From Octopus sinensis (Eukaryota): a stretch of DNA of 64,000 bases. The notes under the pieces are model-generated. The model ran no database searches and had not been told where the DNA came from. It saw only the letters and a list, made by a program, of their open reading frames with translations. Location of the stretch: assembly GCF_006345805.1 (NCBI RefSeq), contig NC_043003.1, positions 111,910,001-111,974,000 on the forward strand, given 5' to 3'. The position numbers were made by a program, and so were the translations under genes. This document shows positions 1-13,619 of the stretch, piece after piece. Numbering within the stretch: the stretch's first letter is position 1; every line of letters starts with the position of its first letter.

Positions 1-868
1 CCTTTGAAAATTAAAGAGAAATATATTACCGTGTGTATCCTCAAAAAGAGAATAAAATTATTAATAATTTACTTTGATATTAAATTGAAATATTTTCATT
101 TAATATTTTAATAATTTGATAATTCTCGCCTACTAATCAATTTAAGTATTTCATATAAATTTTAACGTTGAATTTCACGACATTTTTTAAATATTCATGG
201 CCTATATACGCGTGTATTAATTACAGATAATGTATTTCCTGCGATAGCTGCCATTGCTGAACATGACTTAGTGATAATGATTTTCTTTATCCTTCTGTCA
301 GAAATATACATTCTGTATACTGCATTTCACATAAGTGAGACACATAGCTATGAAAGGTTTTTCACAGAATCAAATCACGAAAGAGGTAAGTTTTTAAAGG
401 TTGTTTTATGTTTTCATGCTATTTCATATGAAGTCACATATATAATAAAGAACATGGAGATAACATTCAAATGTGTCTATAAACCTTTAAGCTGTATTTA
501 AGTACCCTTTGTTTGAGGGATTTCAATCTAAAGAAAGAAAAAACTGACTTGATTTCATCATTCGCTATAGATTTTATGATTTGTGAAATACAAATATAAT
601 TGTCATTCGTTGCTATCTATAAAATAAATGTTAATAACAAATTGGCATATATTCAATTGAATAAAACTTCAATAAAGTTTTATATGAAGCACCTTTACAA
701 AAGAAATTATTATTTGGATGGAACATTCCTCACCAAATTCACGAACTCTCCTAATCTTGTTGAAGGGTTTTACTTGTGTTATTCATATACCATCTATTTG
801 TACATATTCCTGCTTGTGGTGGGTGACAAATAAATGGCATCGAAGAGTAATCTTATATAATAATACGG

Positions 869-911
<43 letters not shown>

Positions 912-1878
912 CTGTGAGTGAGCGCTTGCGTGTGTGGGGAGGGTTGTATATTCGCGTATGTTCTTATGGATTCGAAAACTAAGTTGCCGATTTCAACGTG
1001 AGGTATCAAAAAATTCAGTAATCTTTCAGCTACCAAATAAAGTAGGTTTTTTGCACAATACTTTTTTACCACATGAATGACATCGGAAATGAAGTCGGGT
1101 CGCACAATGTTGAGGTTTTTAGCTAAGGGAGGCAAATCTGACTCCACAAACTTTATGCCTTTAGAGAAATAATAATGACAAAATATTTAAAATACATAGT
1201 TTTACCAGGAAATGAAACGTAGAAGATATACCACCACCTTTATGCTATTATTTAATAGATTAGCTTTGAATGTGAAGTATGTTTGCCTGTGTTTTGCTTA
1301 GCCCAGAAGAGACTCTGATGAATTAGATCCATCGCATACGTTTTTTCTTACTGAACATACTGTAAATCTGTGTCTTTCTTTTGATGAAAGTGCGCGTGTT
1401 TGTGTGTGCATGCGCGTGCGTTTTTGTGTGTATGTGTTATGTTGTGGTGAAAAATACATTTCTCAGATAATTTGCACAATGACTTTTAAAGAAATCTGGA
1501 CATCATTGTTACTGCAAATTGCAACTCCAAATTATAATTGTTATTTGTTGGAAGTCAAATAGACTGCGAGGTACATATAGTGTTATCTTATAGACTGCAA
1601 GTTCAATACAAAGTTTTGAACCCATGATCTTGTGGCTAATAATTCATTTTCTTAAATTTGAAGCCATTCATTCTTTAAACATCATTTTATTGGGTTTAGT
1701 CTTTCGACTGTCACCATGATGCGGTATCACCTTCAAAAGTTTAATTGATCATACTGACTTCAGTACGTATTACAATCTACCATTTATCTTACAGATCTCT
1801 GCTTGCTGAATTTGAGACACAGTGGGACAAAATACTCGATTAATTAATAAATGTAAACACACACAGACTCACATATTA

Positions 1879-1990
1879 GGTGCAAGAATAACTGTGTAGT
1901 TGAGAAGTTTGCTTACCAGCCACATGGATCCACGTTCAGCCCCTCGGCATGGTACCCTGAGCAAGTGTCTTCTAGGCCCGCCGCAGACTA
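1879..1990 (+). mobile_element. Degenerate 5' part of a tRNA-derived SINE (same family as 24504-24900)
   Basis: Aligns by eye to the reverse complement of 24790-24900 (tttgcttacc, cacatgg..gttcag.ccc, gcaagtgtcttct). Confidence 0.65.
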
Positions 1991-2656
1991 CTGACTTAGT
2001 CGGAAACTGCAGTGTTTTTCACCAGAAAATGACCTAAAAATATGTTTATATGGAAGTTGTTTGCTTTATACTCCTCATCGGTCAATTCTGCCCTTAAGAA
2101 AGGAACAAAAAATACAATGTGGATGTAGGTTGTAACGTCCGGGCAACGATGGGGTGCATTGCCCAGTTATATAAAAAACTAAGGCTAGCTCTATATCTAT
2201 CACAATTATTAACAGTATGGTGTTTTTCTGCACTACCCTTTTTTAACTGTAGAGTATTCTTTTCATCACTTGGAAATGGAAATATGAATTGTACATAGAG
2301 TTAATGCGCCTCAAAACGAAAGAGACTTGACGGAAAATCTCGTATATCGCAGATCGATTTAAGTTTTCCCCATTGCATAGTGCTCCAACAGATTGTGCTG
2401 AGTAGTGTAAACATACTGTGGTAGATATATGTATTAAAGATATGGAATAATATGTTCGCATTTATGAAACATTTCTACATTCCTGTCAACGACAAAATAC
2501 TAGAAATTTTTTGACGCACAGGCCTTTGTAAGCAGCAACTTTTAACAAGTTATATAACATGTAAATAAATAATATATATATATATATATATGTATGTATT
2601 TTACACATATATACATATATTATCCATATACATATATACACCTATCTTTATACATA

Positions 2657-3874
2657 CAGTGGTTGGGCGAAATAATAGAAACACCTTAAAATCCTAAACA
2701 AATATATTTCAATATGGGTTGGGACCGCCTTTGGCAGTAACTACAGCTTGAATTCTACGCGGTATAGCCTCGTACAAAGTTTGAAATGTTTCCAAAGGAA
2801 TATTTGTCCATTCCTCAACTAAAACAGTTTCCAGTTCTCGTAGTGATGGTAGTTGAAGATATCGACTCCTTACTTGTTTATTTTTCTAAAATGAACCATA
2901 CATGTTCAATAATATTGAGATCTGAGGGTCTCAGAAAAGATGTTCAACTTCACTAATATGGTCATCCTGCCATTCAGTAACAACTTTAGCTTTGCATTGT
3001 CATCCAGAAGATTTGGTGCATTATCATCCTGAAAGATTGCGTTTCCTTCCGCAAACTTTTCGGCAACCAGAGGAAGAATTTGATCAGATAAAATGCTTAG
3101 TCTTGACTATTAATTCTGCGACGACGGGAAACCATTGGGTCGGCAGACTTCCAAGATATATCCCCCATCTGCAGATTATCCCAGACCCTCCATGTTTAAC
3201 AGTTGGAAGAAGGCAGTCTTTTGGCTGGTTCCACAAATATACTCGGCCGGTGATCGAGAAATAATATTCTTTTACTGCTCTAGGGACCAATTCTGGAGGT
3301 TTAGGTTTTACTCCACTCTAAATACTTTGCAACGTTTGATTTGGAAAGTAGTGGTTTGCTGATTGCAGACCTCCCGGGAAATCCGGCTTTATGAAGCGCC
3401 CGGCGAACAGAATTTGTGGAAACTGATTTCACGAGGTGGTCATAAATCTCTGCAGTAATTTTGAGATTTGTAATTTTGTGATCCTTTCTAATAATTCGCG
3501 TAAGAGCCCGACTGTCCCTATCTGAAAGTTTGGGTTTTCTTCTGGAGTTTTCATTCGACGAGGAGGCTTATCCCGCTTTCTCAAAAGCTGTCGTTACTTT
3601 CGAGACAGCACTCCTTGATATACCAAACATTTCGGATGTTATCGTTACGCTAGCGCCTGCCATACAAGCACCAACAATCTGTATTTTAATGAATTGTAAT
3701 TACCGTTTTCTAGTGATATCTGCAATGAAACAGCAATGTTAGCAAAAAGTATTAAGCAACACTAATAATAAATAAAAAAAATATTAAAATAAACAACCTT
3801 TTGACGGTTTTATAGATATTACAAAATGTTGATGTTATGATGCTAGCTGTTTCCATTATTTTGTCCAAGTCCTG
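2657..3874 (-). mobile_element. Decayed Tc1-family DNA transposon
   Basis: Imperfect TIRs (cagtggttgggcgaaataatagaaaca at 2657; reverse complement of caggacttggacaaaataatggaaaca ending 3874) with TA on both sides. The minus-strand ORF remnant contains LPTVKHGGSG, matching the Tc1 PTVKHGGG motif. Confidence 0.85.
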
Positions 3875-5618
3875 TATATGTATGTTTGTATGTATGTATG
3901 TATGTTTGTATGTATGTATGTATGGGTGGATGGATGGATGGATGCATGGATGGATGCATAGATTTTTGTACATACGTGCATAATGTATTCCTATGGCTTA
4001 TGATGACGTGATGATTTACAATACCCAATATAGTGGATAATAATATTATTTATTAGGGTATTAGGCAAAATTTCTATGGATTTACTTTTAAATTACATTT
4101 TGACGTACTTGCCTGTATATTAAATGTCGTTGAGGCTTAAATATTCTAAGAGAAACCATGTAAATTAGTAGCAATCTCGGGTAAGTTGTAATTGGAAGAA
4201 AATATTCTTCATACGGGAGGGGGCTCTGTTAAAAGTGAATTTGAAACGTCCCTGATACTAATTAAGAAATTTAAATAATTTAAATATGTTAATAGACAAG
4301 TTTTTAATAGACACTTTTTTGTTTGGCATGGTGGAAAAACTTTTCCTTGTAGGTCGGTTGTTTTTGCTATCTTCCCATGTACCCAAAAGATAATTTTTCT
4401 GGGACGGTGAAGCACCTTGTACTTACCCTGTCTATAACAATTCATAATTCAGTATTTGAAGTTGTGAAAAGCAATCGTGAACTCCCACGATATAAAAGAA
4501 AATTATTAAGATGCAGGAATCATATTGATTACAATAGCAGCCTCGCCTATTTCATAATTTAACCATTCCAAACATATACCATTTTTAAATATTAATTATA
4601 TTATGTGTCACTTATTTCTTGAATTAATATAATGAATGTGTTCTTTATAACTGGCCTCTAAGTTTGTTGGTGCGACCCAATATATATCCCTTATTTCGTG
4701 TCTTTGCGACACCACATCTGTCATGTATATGAATTATTTTTAAACCAATGTTACCCATAGAATTATAGCTAGACTTTAGAGCATTTTGTCTAAATATCTT
4801 GTGATACATTTGAAGCTGTGGGTGGCGCTTTGTTTAAGCATAAGGAGGCCCCCAACTATATCCTTGAGTGAATTTTCAGCCCCATGAGAAGTAAACAATA
4901 TATGTGTGTGTATGCGTGTGTGCGTGTGTGTATCTGTGTATATATATATACACCCTTTGATATATTTCATTTTCTTTATATTTCCATATAATTGCTTCAG
5001 GCAATTCGTGTTGACGTTGAGAGCTTCTACTATATAGGGCACCATTTTCATTCAAATTTGTTATATGCAGTATTTCTTTGCTTGAGGCTAACCCTTCCAT
5101 GAATCTGCGAACGCGATCTTAATGTGATGTATGACCGTTATCGCTGAACTGGAACACTCATTTATTTCTATCGATTCTTGATTATGTTGGGAGAAACCTT
5201 GATATTTGTGCTTATACTTTTCAATGCTTTTTACTATCGTCAGTAATGTTTATCAGAAATTTTCTTCTTCGAACTGAGAAAAGATTGATTAACATCTTTC
5301 TGAAATTGTCCATCTTAAAACCACGTATGCTGAGACGCTCTATGAGCCGTCGCATATCTAAATTCTTATATTCCTGATATATAATCGATATTTGAATTTC
5401 AGTCTTTGTACTATCCACGCAGATCCGACATTTCTGCTGCGAGTTGCTTTCAGTCGACGGATACATCAAATTACTTATTGAACTGTTTATTAACTTAGAA
5501 AATGTGATAAAATATTAAATATTATCTTGCAATTGTTATCGTTTCAACGTTGGCATGACATTGAATAATTTCCATATGTATACTTATATACATATGTATG
5601 TATATAATATGTGTGTAT

Positions 5619-5737
<119 letters not shown>

Positions 5738-5920
5738 TAAATATATGGCACAACGAAGCACCGACATTTACTGGAAAATAGCGAACGTAATAAATACGAC
5801 GCTAATGTATAGCTTCACTGCGTATGTACTAGTAAAGATGCGTGTGTGCAACAAACATGAACAAAATTGTCTTACCTCTAGGAAGAACATCTGAAAAATG
5901 AAAAACCTAGAAACGGATAA

Positions 5921-5990
5921 TGCTGTACCGGTTTCAGACTCTTCAAAATACGTTTGCCAACGTATATTTGATTTGTCTTCATCAGCTGAA
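5921..5990 (-). ncRNA. Type I hammerhead motif with intact core, long stem II and broken stem I
   Basis: Minus strand reads ttcag-CTGATGA-AGAC..hairpin..GTCT-GAAA-CCGG-TA-cagca. Stem III is the palindrome ACCGGT and the triplet is GUA. Only 3 of 5 stem I pairs remain. Confidence 0.6.
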
Positions 5991-6594
5991 TATACCTCGA
6001 CAACATTTCAAATGTTGCCACATCTATGCTAGTACACTTGTCTGAACGCCAAAACGTTAACAGAACGAGAACAGTGAAGAAGTTATATATATATGAAGGA
6101 AGATTTGGTATCCAGAAAACTGAAAATGACAGGTAAGTCTATATAAGTGATACAGAAGGAGCGTGGTTAGACACCCGGTTCGAAAATAGTATGAGTGAGA
6201 AGTCTGTCGCGGGTCGTGTGTAAGCTTGTATATGTTAAATAAAATGGGACAACTAAGCTAAGGCACGAGACGACAAAGCGAAATCCACTTCCCCTTCAAG
6301 AATCACAAGAAGGACTTCACAACAAAACCAGCGATACCCCTCGTATGCCCTACCAAATATGACCTGAGAAGAATAAGCAAGAACATTCTGGATAAAATAT
6401 AGCTAGGAATCTAACTAACCTAATCCCAATAGAAATTGTGAATGTACAAACAGGTTGTTCATTTATATAAAACAGATGATTTGGGGGAATTAGTTTAGAA
6501 GAGGAGAACATAGTTTTTGTTTTTTGGAGGGATGAGGTTCCATTGACAATAATGATGGATAGATAGAAATATAAGTAGGTAGATCTGTTGATAG

Positions 6595-6623
6595 ATAGAT
6601 AGATAGGTAGATAGAAAGATATG

Positions 6624-6711
<88 letters not shown>

Positions 6712-6717
6712 CAGACA
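6595..6717. repeat. (GATA)n/(GACA)n microsatellite
   Basis: Direct inspection. Confidence 0.95.
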
Positions 6718-6739
6718 GACACTCAGACAGGTCCATTTA

Positions 6740-8320
6740 GACCAGAGTAAAGTGTTTGATAGGGAAGACTACCAGTAACTGACGGCGGTCCTCGAGGCGG
6801 CTGGGCTGGGCCAAGATTTCCGTGGTTGGATCACTGCCATTTATGGAGTCAATCAAATCCACGATTGAGATAAACGGTTACCTGTCCGTGCTGTTTAGGA
6901 TCGTGAGCTCGGTTCATCAGGGGTGCCCCCTATCTCCGCTTTTGTACGTACTGGTTCTTGAGCCATTGCGGAGGTAGGACAGTTTGGAGGCATCACCAAA
7001 GAATTGGATTGTAGCGAGTCTGTTTCTGCATATGCGGATGACGTCACCATCACCGAAACCGATAAAGCTTAGGATGATAAAATGCGATGGCTGGGGTAAA
7101 AATAAACAGGGAAAAGTACCTCGGATTGCTGCTCGGCACTTGGAGTTGCTTGACGATAACGTTCAGTGTCGTGGGGTGCTGGACGGATGATCTTCTTAAG
7201 TTGCTTGGAGTCTGTTTTGGACCGGATTCCCAGACGGAGGAGAATTGGAGAAAGGTAGCGGATAGGATTGAGACCTCTATCCAGACCTGGTCTGGAAGGG
7301 TGCTATCCCTGAAAGGTAAGGGGGGAGGTAGTGCAGGTGTATATTGCATCTGTTATCACCTAACGTCTAACTGTTGTCCCTTGTTCTGATTCGTGACTTA
7401 GCTAGTTGGCACGCCTTCTCTTCCGCTTTTTGTGGAGGGGGAAATTGCTTGTAGGGTGCTCTGTTTGCTGCCAAGGTCCGCTAAAGTGTGGGTTCAGCAT
7501 GCGCTGAAAGTAAGGCATCTCTAACTCTATCTGGATGGTGACCGGGTGTGGAATTCGTTGGCAGAGAAATTCTTTCCACGACTGGCCTCCTCGGAGAATC
7601 TCAAACCCGTCTACACTGAGAGACGTTACACGACTGAATTGCAAAAGTAGTGTCGGTAGGCACTCGTGATAATCCATAAGGCGGGCAAGGACGACAGCGG
7701 CATTACCACCTCGATATTCTATAGAGGACTAGTAGAGTTGAAGAGGGATGACGTCCTAGGAGAAGCTCTGGGACTCGATGAGGGCCAGCTAGCCAACCTG
7801 TTTCAAAGGACCTTCAGGTCGGGGTACCTGGAGAACTACCAGAAATCCCTCACCTGGCAGTGCTATAGGAGTGCGTTACCAGTTCACGACAAATTGTCTA
7901 GGCATGGAATGTCTGTGCCATCGGCATGCCCAAGGTGCGTGCAGGACGATGAAACCGTTCTGCACGCTCTTGTACAGTGCTAGGAGCTTTCTCTCTTGAT
8001 AAATTATGTTGAACACGTGCTGTCACATATAGGAAGAGTACATATATCTGCTGAGTTCATGATCGAGATTGTACCGCTACCTGGACTATCAAAGGAAGGT
8101 GAGGCATGTTGTTTTATGCACAGTCGCAGTATTGAAAGAGTGTATATTGAAAACTAGAATGAAAGGAGTCGTGGCGGCAAGTTTCATGGTTTGCTATATT
8201 CCTTCAGCTATCATCTGAAGAGCAAGGTAGCGCTGGAGTGTAGACACCTATCACGAAGTATATTCGGGAGAAGATGGAAGGATGTGGCAAGGAAGTTGGG
8301 TATGAATGACCATACTTAAT
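6740..8320 (+). mobile_element. 5'-truncated, frameshifted Tx1/L1-clade LINE (RT C-terminus plus zf-RVT)
   Basis: Motifs QGCPLSPLLYVLVLEPL (~6918-6967), AYADDVT (gcatatgcggatgacgtcacc ~7028), GVKINREK, WSGRVLSLKGK and CPRCVQDDETVLHALVQC. Confidence 0.9.
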
Positions 8321-8541
8321 CTCATCAATGGTAGAAAAGTATGGTGTAGACGTTGGGCTTCATGGCCAATGATAAACTTGCAAAACTTGTAAATATTTAA
8401 AATGTAACGTTCGTCGTCAGATCTTTAAAAACACTTACAAAAGAACTCATAAACGTACTATTTGTTTGTGACGTCCTGTGTTACCCCAAGTATGTAAGAT
8501 ATATAATTATCGTAATAAACAATTATATCTTAGGTACATCT

Positions 8542-8771
8542 GGGCGGCGAGATGGCAGAAACGTTACCACGCCGGGCGAAATGCTGAGGAGCATTTCGTC
8601 CGCCGTTATGTTCTGGGTTCAACTTCCGCCGAGGTCGACTTTGCCTTTCATCCTTTCCGGATCGATTAAATAAGTACCAATTACGCACTGGGGTCGATGT
8701 AATCGACTTAATCCGTGTGTCTGTATTTGTTTGTCCTCTCTGTGTTTAGCCCCTTCTGGGAAGTAAAGAAA
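8542..8771 (+). mobile_element. Full-length tRNA-derived SINE (octopus OR-like) with 11-bp target-site duplication
   Basis: tRNA-like head with A-box-like tggcagaaacgtt and B-box-like ggttcaacttcc. Flanked by the direct repeat taggtacatct at 8531-8541 and 8772-8782. The family name is from memory. Confidence 0.85.
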
Positions 8772-8987
8772 TAGGTACATCTCAACGACATGTGTCAATA
8801 AACTCGAAGCATTAATGTCCGAGATTCTCGGGAAAGGACGAGATATAACGAACGGGGTGTTTTCACACCTTTTTCCATAATGGAGAATTTTTCTCCACGA
8901 TAACTACAGTGTATATACCTTTAGCAGTTGAAATATGTGACAAGCATACAAATTTAAACTAACGTAAATTGTGAATATATATAATAT

Positions 8988-9049
<62 letters not shown>

Positions 9050-9137
9050 ATATGAAAAAGTTGAGTTGTGGGGTATCGCACGAGTGGGATTATATAAGAA
9101 AAAAGGTTTGAAAATGCAATTTAAACGATGTTTATTT

Positions 9138-9178
9138 ACTTAACCGGTTTCACTCTTTGGTAAAAGATTGTCAAAAGT
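9138..9178 (-). ncRNA. Minimal type I hammerhead candidate with a U3-A8 core variant
   Basis: Minus strand reads actt-TTGACAA-tcttttaccaaagagt-GAAA-ccgg-TT-aagt. Stem I has 4 bp and stem III is the palindrome ACCGGT. Confidence 0.5.
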
Positions 9179-9212
9179 TACATTTAAGGAAACATTGAAT
9201 AATATGGGTTCA

Positions 9213-9512
9213 AAAAAAGTTTTTTACATAATTGTCACATTGAGTATTATGCATTCAAAAAGGTTTTTACATAATTGTCACATTGAGTATTATGCATTCA
9301 AAAATGTTTTTACATAATTGTCACATTGAGTATTATGCATTCAAAAAGGTTTTTACATAATTGTCACATTGAGTATTATGCATTCAAAAATGTTTTTACA
9401 TAATTGTCACATTGAGTATTATGCATTCAAAAAGGTTTTTAGATAATTGTCACATTGGATATTATGAATTCAAAAATGTTTTTTTATACATAATTGTCAC
9501 ATTACATGTATA
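9213..9512. repeat. 43-bp minisatellite, ~7 units, alternating variants
   Basis: Unit tttttacataattgtcacattgagtattatgcattcaaaaa(gg/tg); counted period 43 (9226, 9269, 9312, 9355, 9398, 9441). Confidence 0.95.
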
Positions 9513-9929
9513 GATATAGTGTTTGGTAACAGAGAAGTTCAATAGTGTGATGAGAATATTTGGGAAAATTTGGCAGAAAAGGATAAAACAAATATATTAT
9601 TGGGAATTGGTTGCGTTAATTATTGGTTGTCGCAAATTGTCACATTACATGTATATATATACAATCTTCGGTATATATATACAGCCTTTTGACAGCAAAA
9701 ATTAGAATGGCTTTTTTATACATCTCAGAATATTTTAAGTACAAGGCGAGAATATGTTTTTACTGACCTGTTGGGATTAGCAGAAAGGCTGAACTGAGAG
9801 AACAGAGGAAGTAGCCAATGTGGTGTATACTTCCCCTTTATGCATGAATGATTTTGGGGTTATCAGGAGGTTAGTATGCGGGTGTGAATAGATGTGTCCG
9901 TGCCCGCTGGTCAGATAGCGTCTGTTTGT

Positions 9930-9934
9930 CACAC

Positions 9935-9965
<31 letters not shown>

Positions 9966-10080
9966 ACAACACACACACACACACACACATAGTAAACAAA
10001 CACACACCACATACAAACAACACACACACACACACACAGAACACACACACCCACACACACACACACACATATATATATAT

Positions 10081-10126
<46 letters not shown>

Positions 10127-11002
10127 ACATATATATATACACACACACACACACACAACACATACACACACACACACACACACATAGTAAACAAACACAC
10201 GCACACATACATACATAATATAAATATCACACAAATACACCTAGCATATATATACACACATACAATATACACATACAGCATGTAAGCAATATACATACAC
10301 AATATATGCATGCAATATACATACGCAGTACATACATATAATATATATATATAGACAATGCATATACATATATACACATATACATATAAATAGTGTTTAC
10401 ATACACATACATAGATGTACCACATATACCCACAATACACATACATACAACGCATACACATACACGTACGCATACATATAATGTATATATACACACACAC
10501 ACACATAACATACATACACAATGTATACATATATATACACGCAATGCACATACCTGTATTCACGCATATATAGCACACCTACAATATACATATATACACT
10601 GCACACATACACACACATATATACACTTAATTGTACACATACATATACAATACACATACATACAATATACATATACACAATGCGCATGCAAATAATGTAC
10701 ATGTATATACACACATAAACAAGCAAATAAATATACACACACACACATACACACATACACATATATATACACATATATATATATATATATATACACACAT
10801 ACATACATACATGCACATACATATATTTTTTCACACACATACACATACATATATATATATATAAAAAATTCACCCCCCCCCACACACACAAATTACAACT
10901 TATAGCGTACACACTCAAATATATCTCTACATGCCGCACACACACACAAACAAAGTACTAACATATACACACATACCATGCATATACACACACAACACAC
11001 AT

Positions 11003-11041
<39 letters not shown>

Positions 11042-11263
11042 AAAACAAATACACATGTAAATATATACATACGTACATAATGCTCACACACACACACATA
11101 CACACACACCCGTACACAGTGCACACACACACACATATATACACACGTGCACACACACATACACACAACGTGCGCGCACGCACACACATACACACACACG
11201 CACACAGTGCACACACACACACATATATATATATACACCCGCGCACACACACACACACAACGT

Positions 11264-11299
<36 letters not shown>

Positions 11300-11470
11300 C
11301 ACTCACACACATACATCACCTACATATATATAATGCATGCGTGTGCATGCCACGTATGTGTGTGGTCAATGCCCGCTAGTGTGTCCTATGCGTGCCGATG
11401 CGCGCATGTGCCCGCCCGCACGATATGCTGTGAGCGTGCGCGCGTCCCTGTGTGTTTGCTCTGGATGTGT
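9930..11470. repeat. Compound (CA)n/(TA)n/(CATA)n low-complexity tract
   Basis: Direct inspection; it accounts for all overlapping ORF-track entries here. Confidence 0.95.
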
Positions 11471-11629
11471 TTCCAGGGGGTATGTTAGAGTATGTTTAGT
11501 TGTGGTCTGTATTTTTGAATAAGATTACTTTCCTTATTTATTCGTGTTTGGTCTGTGGTGTTGTCCGAGCATTGGTATAGTGGGAAGACTAAGAATTTGG
11601 GGGACTTATTGCATTTTCAAACCTTTTTT

Positions 11630-11676
<47 letters not shown>

Positions 11677-13241
11677 GTACACTCACACACACACACACAT
11701 ATACAGTAGTATTCAATACCCATCGAATAAATTCTCGGTAAGAGCCCCATTTAATAACACGTTGTTTACCTCCAACAGGTTATCAGCTTTCAATAACTTC
11801 AAGTTCTCCCTACTTGCATGCCGTTCCATAGAATGCAAAATCAATCTTTAAAGGCAATATATTTAACACAAATGAAGAGAAGTATACAATACAGGTTAAA
11901 TTGATGATCTTCATCTTGTATTCTGTAATATTTGCAAGTAACGGATTATCAGGAGGGAATGCGTGCCATTTTGGAGTCATCCTCTCGGCGGCATTATTGC
12001 GTACCGCCACTCCTCTTCACTGAGATGAGACACTTCTCACTACATCTACTGTCTTATCTACTAATCGATATTCTTCTAGCCATTGGTTGTCATCTCCTTA
12101 TACCAAATACAGTGATTTGCCTGACTTACATCTGTGTTTATGTGGGTTTGTGTGTGTGTGCTCCTTTATATAAACATGTTTATATTCATATATGTGTGTG
12201 TTTGTGAGTATGTGTGTGTTTGTGTGTGTATGTGCACTCTAGTATCCACACTCTCAGTGTATGTGCACGCTAGTATCCACACATGTAATATTGTGTTGAA
12301 AACAGAGTTGCCAAAAGTGTCGCATTGTAATAGAGAACTTTTTAACTTCTTCTAGATTAACGAAGGTGTCAAGGTGAAATCTGAGACTGTAGTTTTCAAT
12401 CGTGCACCAAAGTACTTACTAATCAATTATTATACCAATGATGTGTAAATCTACCTACGAATACATAAACGATTTGACACGAGTATGCGTGTATATTCAG
12501 CGTCGAATGCCTCTGAACGTGTACGTGTGTGTGTGTTTGTGTGTTTGTGTATTTTATAATATACTACCGATTTCAGCAAAAATGTGTTACAACTTCTCTA
12601 CGAATAACGATGTACCAGTTCGTATATCAGTAAAGGATATTTTACTGTATGAAAAAAATGAAGAGAGAAGAGGAAATTCAAAGAATATGACATAGTTTCA
12701 ATGCATAAAAAAAAGAGGACAGATATTCATTCATTTAATATCTGCCATCTTTCTACATGTATTCTTTCTACTCTCTTAATTTCTCATAATACACATTTCC
12801 TCTTTATCCTCAAATATATCACTCCGTACAAAAATATCTTTGATAGACGTATGAATTGGTGGCATCAAATACATCCTTCCTAGCTTAACTGTATGAGAAA
12901 AAAAACTGTTATATCGATTTCTGCATTGACGCAGCAGGTGTCATTCGCAGTGTATAAGCCTGATCAGAACATAGTAAATCATTTCCAGCGTTGTTATCTG
13001 ATTCTCGTACAAAAGAGCTGTCATCATTTTTCCTATTTTCTTTCTCCCGTGGTCCTTGATGATTCTTTCCATCTGTTACTTTTATAAAACATCTCCTTGA
13101 ATAACAGGCAGCAGCTGGAACTTTGAATTGCGCAACACTAAAAAACGTGCTCAATTATTTATAGACGAAATAGATTTTGTTCCTATATAAATACATATAT
13201 ACATATATATATATATAATATATATTATATATATATATACT

Positions 13242-13280
<39 letters not shown>

Positions 13281-13287
13281 ATATCTA

Positions 13288-13357
<70 letters not shown>

Positions 13358-13435
13358 ATATATACCGGAGTAAATACATAAATGTGAAACAAGGTGGAAA
13401 AAAGAGTGCTCAAATACCAGGAGTAGAGTAATATG

Positions 13436-13524
13436 CTTTATTTAAAAGCACCAAAAATTCAACAATTTCGTTGAATTACTCCGAGTAATAGGTTTTGTTG
13501 AATTTCTGCTGCTTTTAAATAAAG
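13436..13524. repeat. Short inverted repeat (30-bp arms, 29-nt spacer) between (TA)n tracts
   Basis: ctttatttaaaagcaccaaaaattcaacaa versus the reverse complement of 13495-13524; 28/30 match. Confidence 0.9.
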
Positions 13525-13559
13525 TGTATATATATATATATATGCCTACATACACACTT

Positions 13560-13619
<60 letters not shown>

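Noticed and set aside
302-385. Possible 84-nt exon (ttctgtcag..gag|gtaagt)
   Set aside because: The splice signals are plausible, but the peptide is unrecognised and no compatible partner exons were found.
4209-5469. Short minus-strand ORFs with faint Penelope RT/GIY-YIG resemblance
   Set aside because: No diagnostic motif could be aligned convincingly; left unassigned.
9213-9512. CRISPR-like regular repeat
   Set aside because: There are no unique spacers, the context is eukaryotic and no cas genes are present; it is a plain minisatellite.
9777-11522. Many long ORFs (up to 235 aa) rich in C/V/Y/I or H/T
   Set aside because: They are translations of (CA)n/(TA)n microsatellites; the same applies to similar ORFs across the window.
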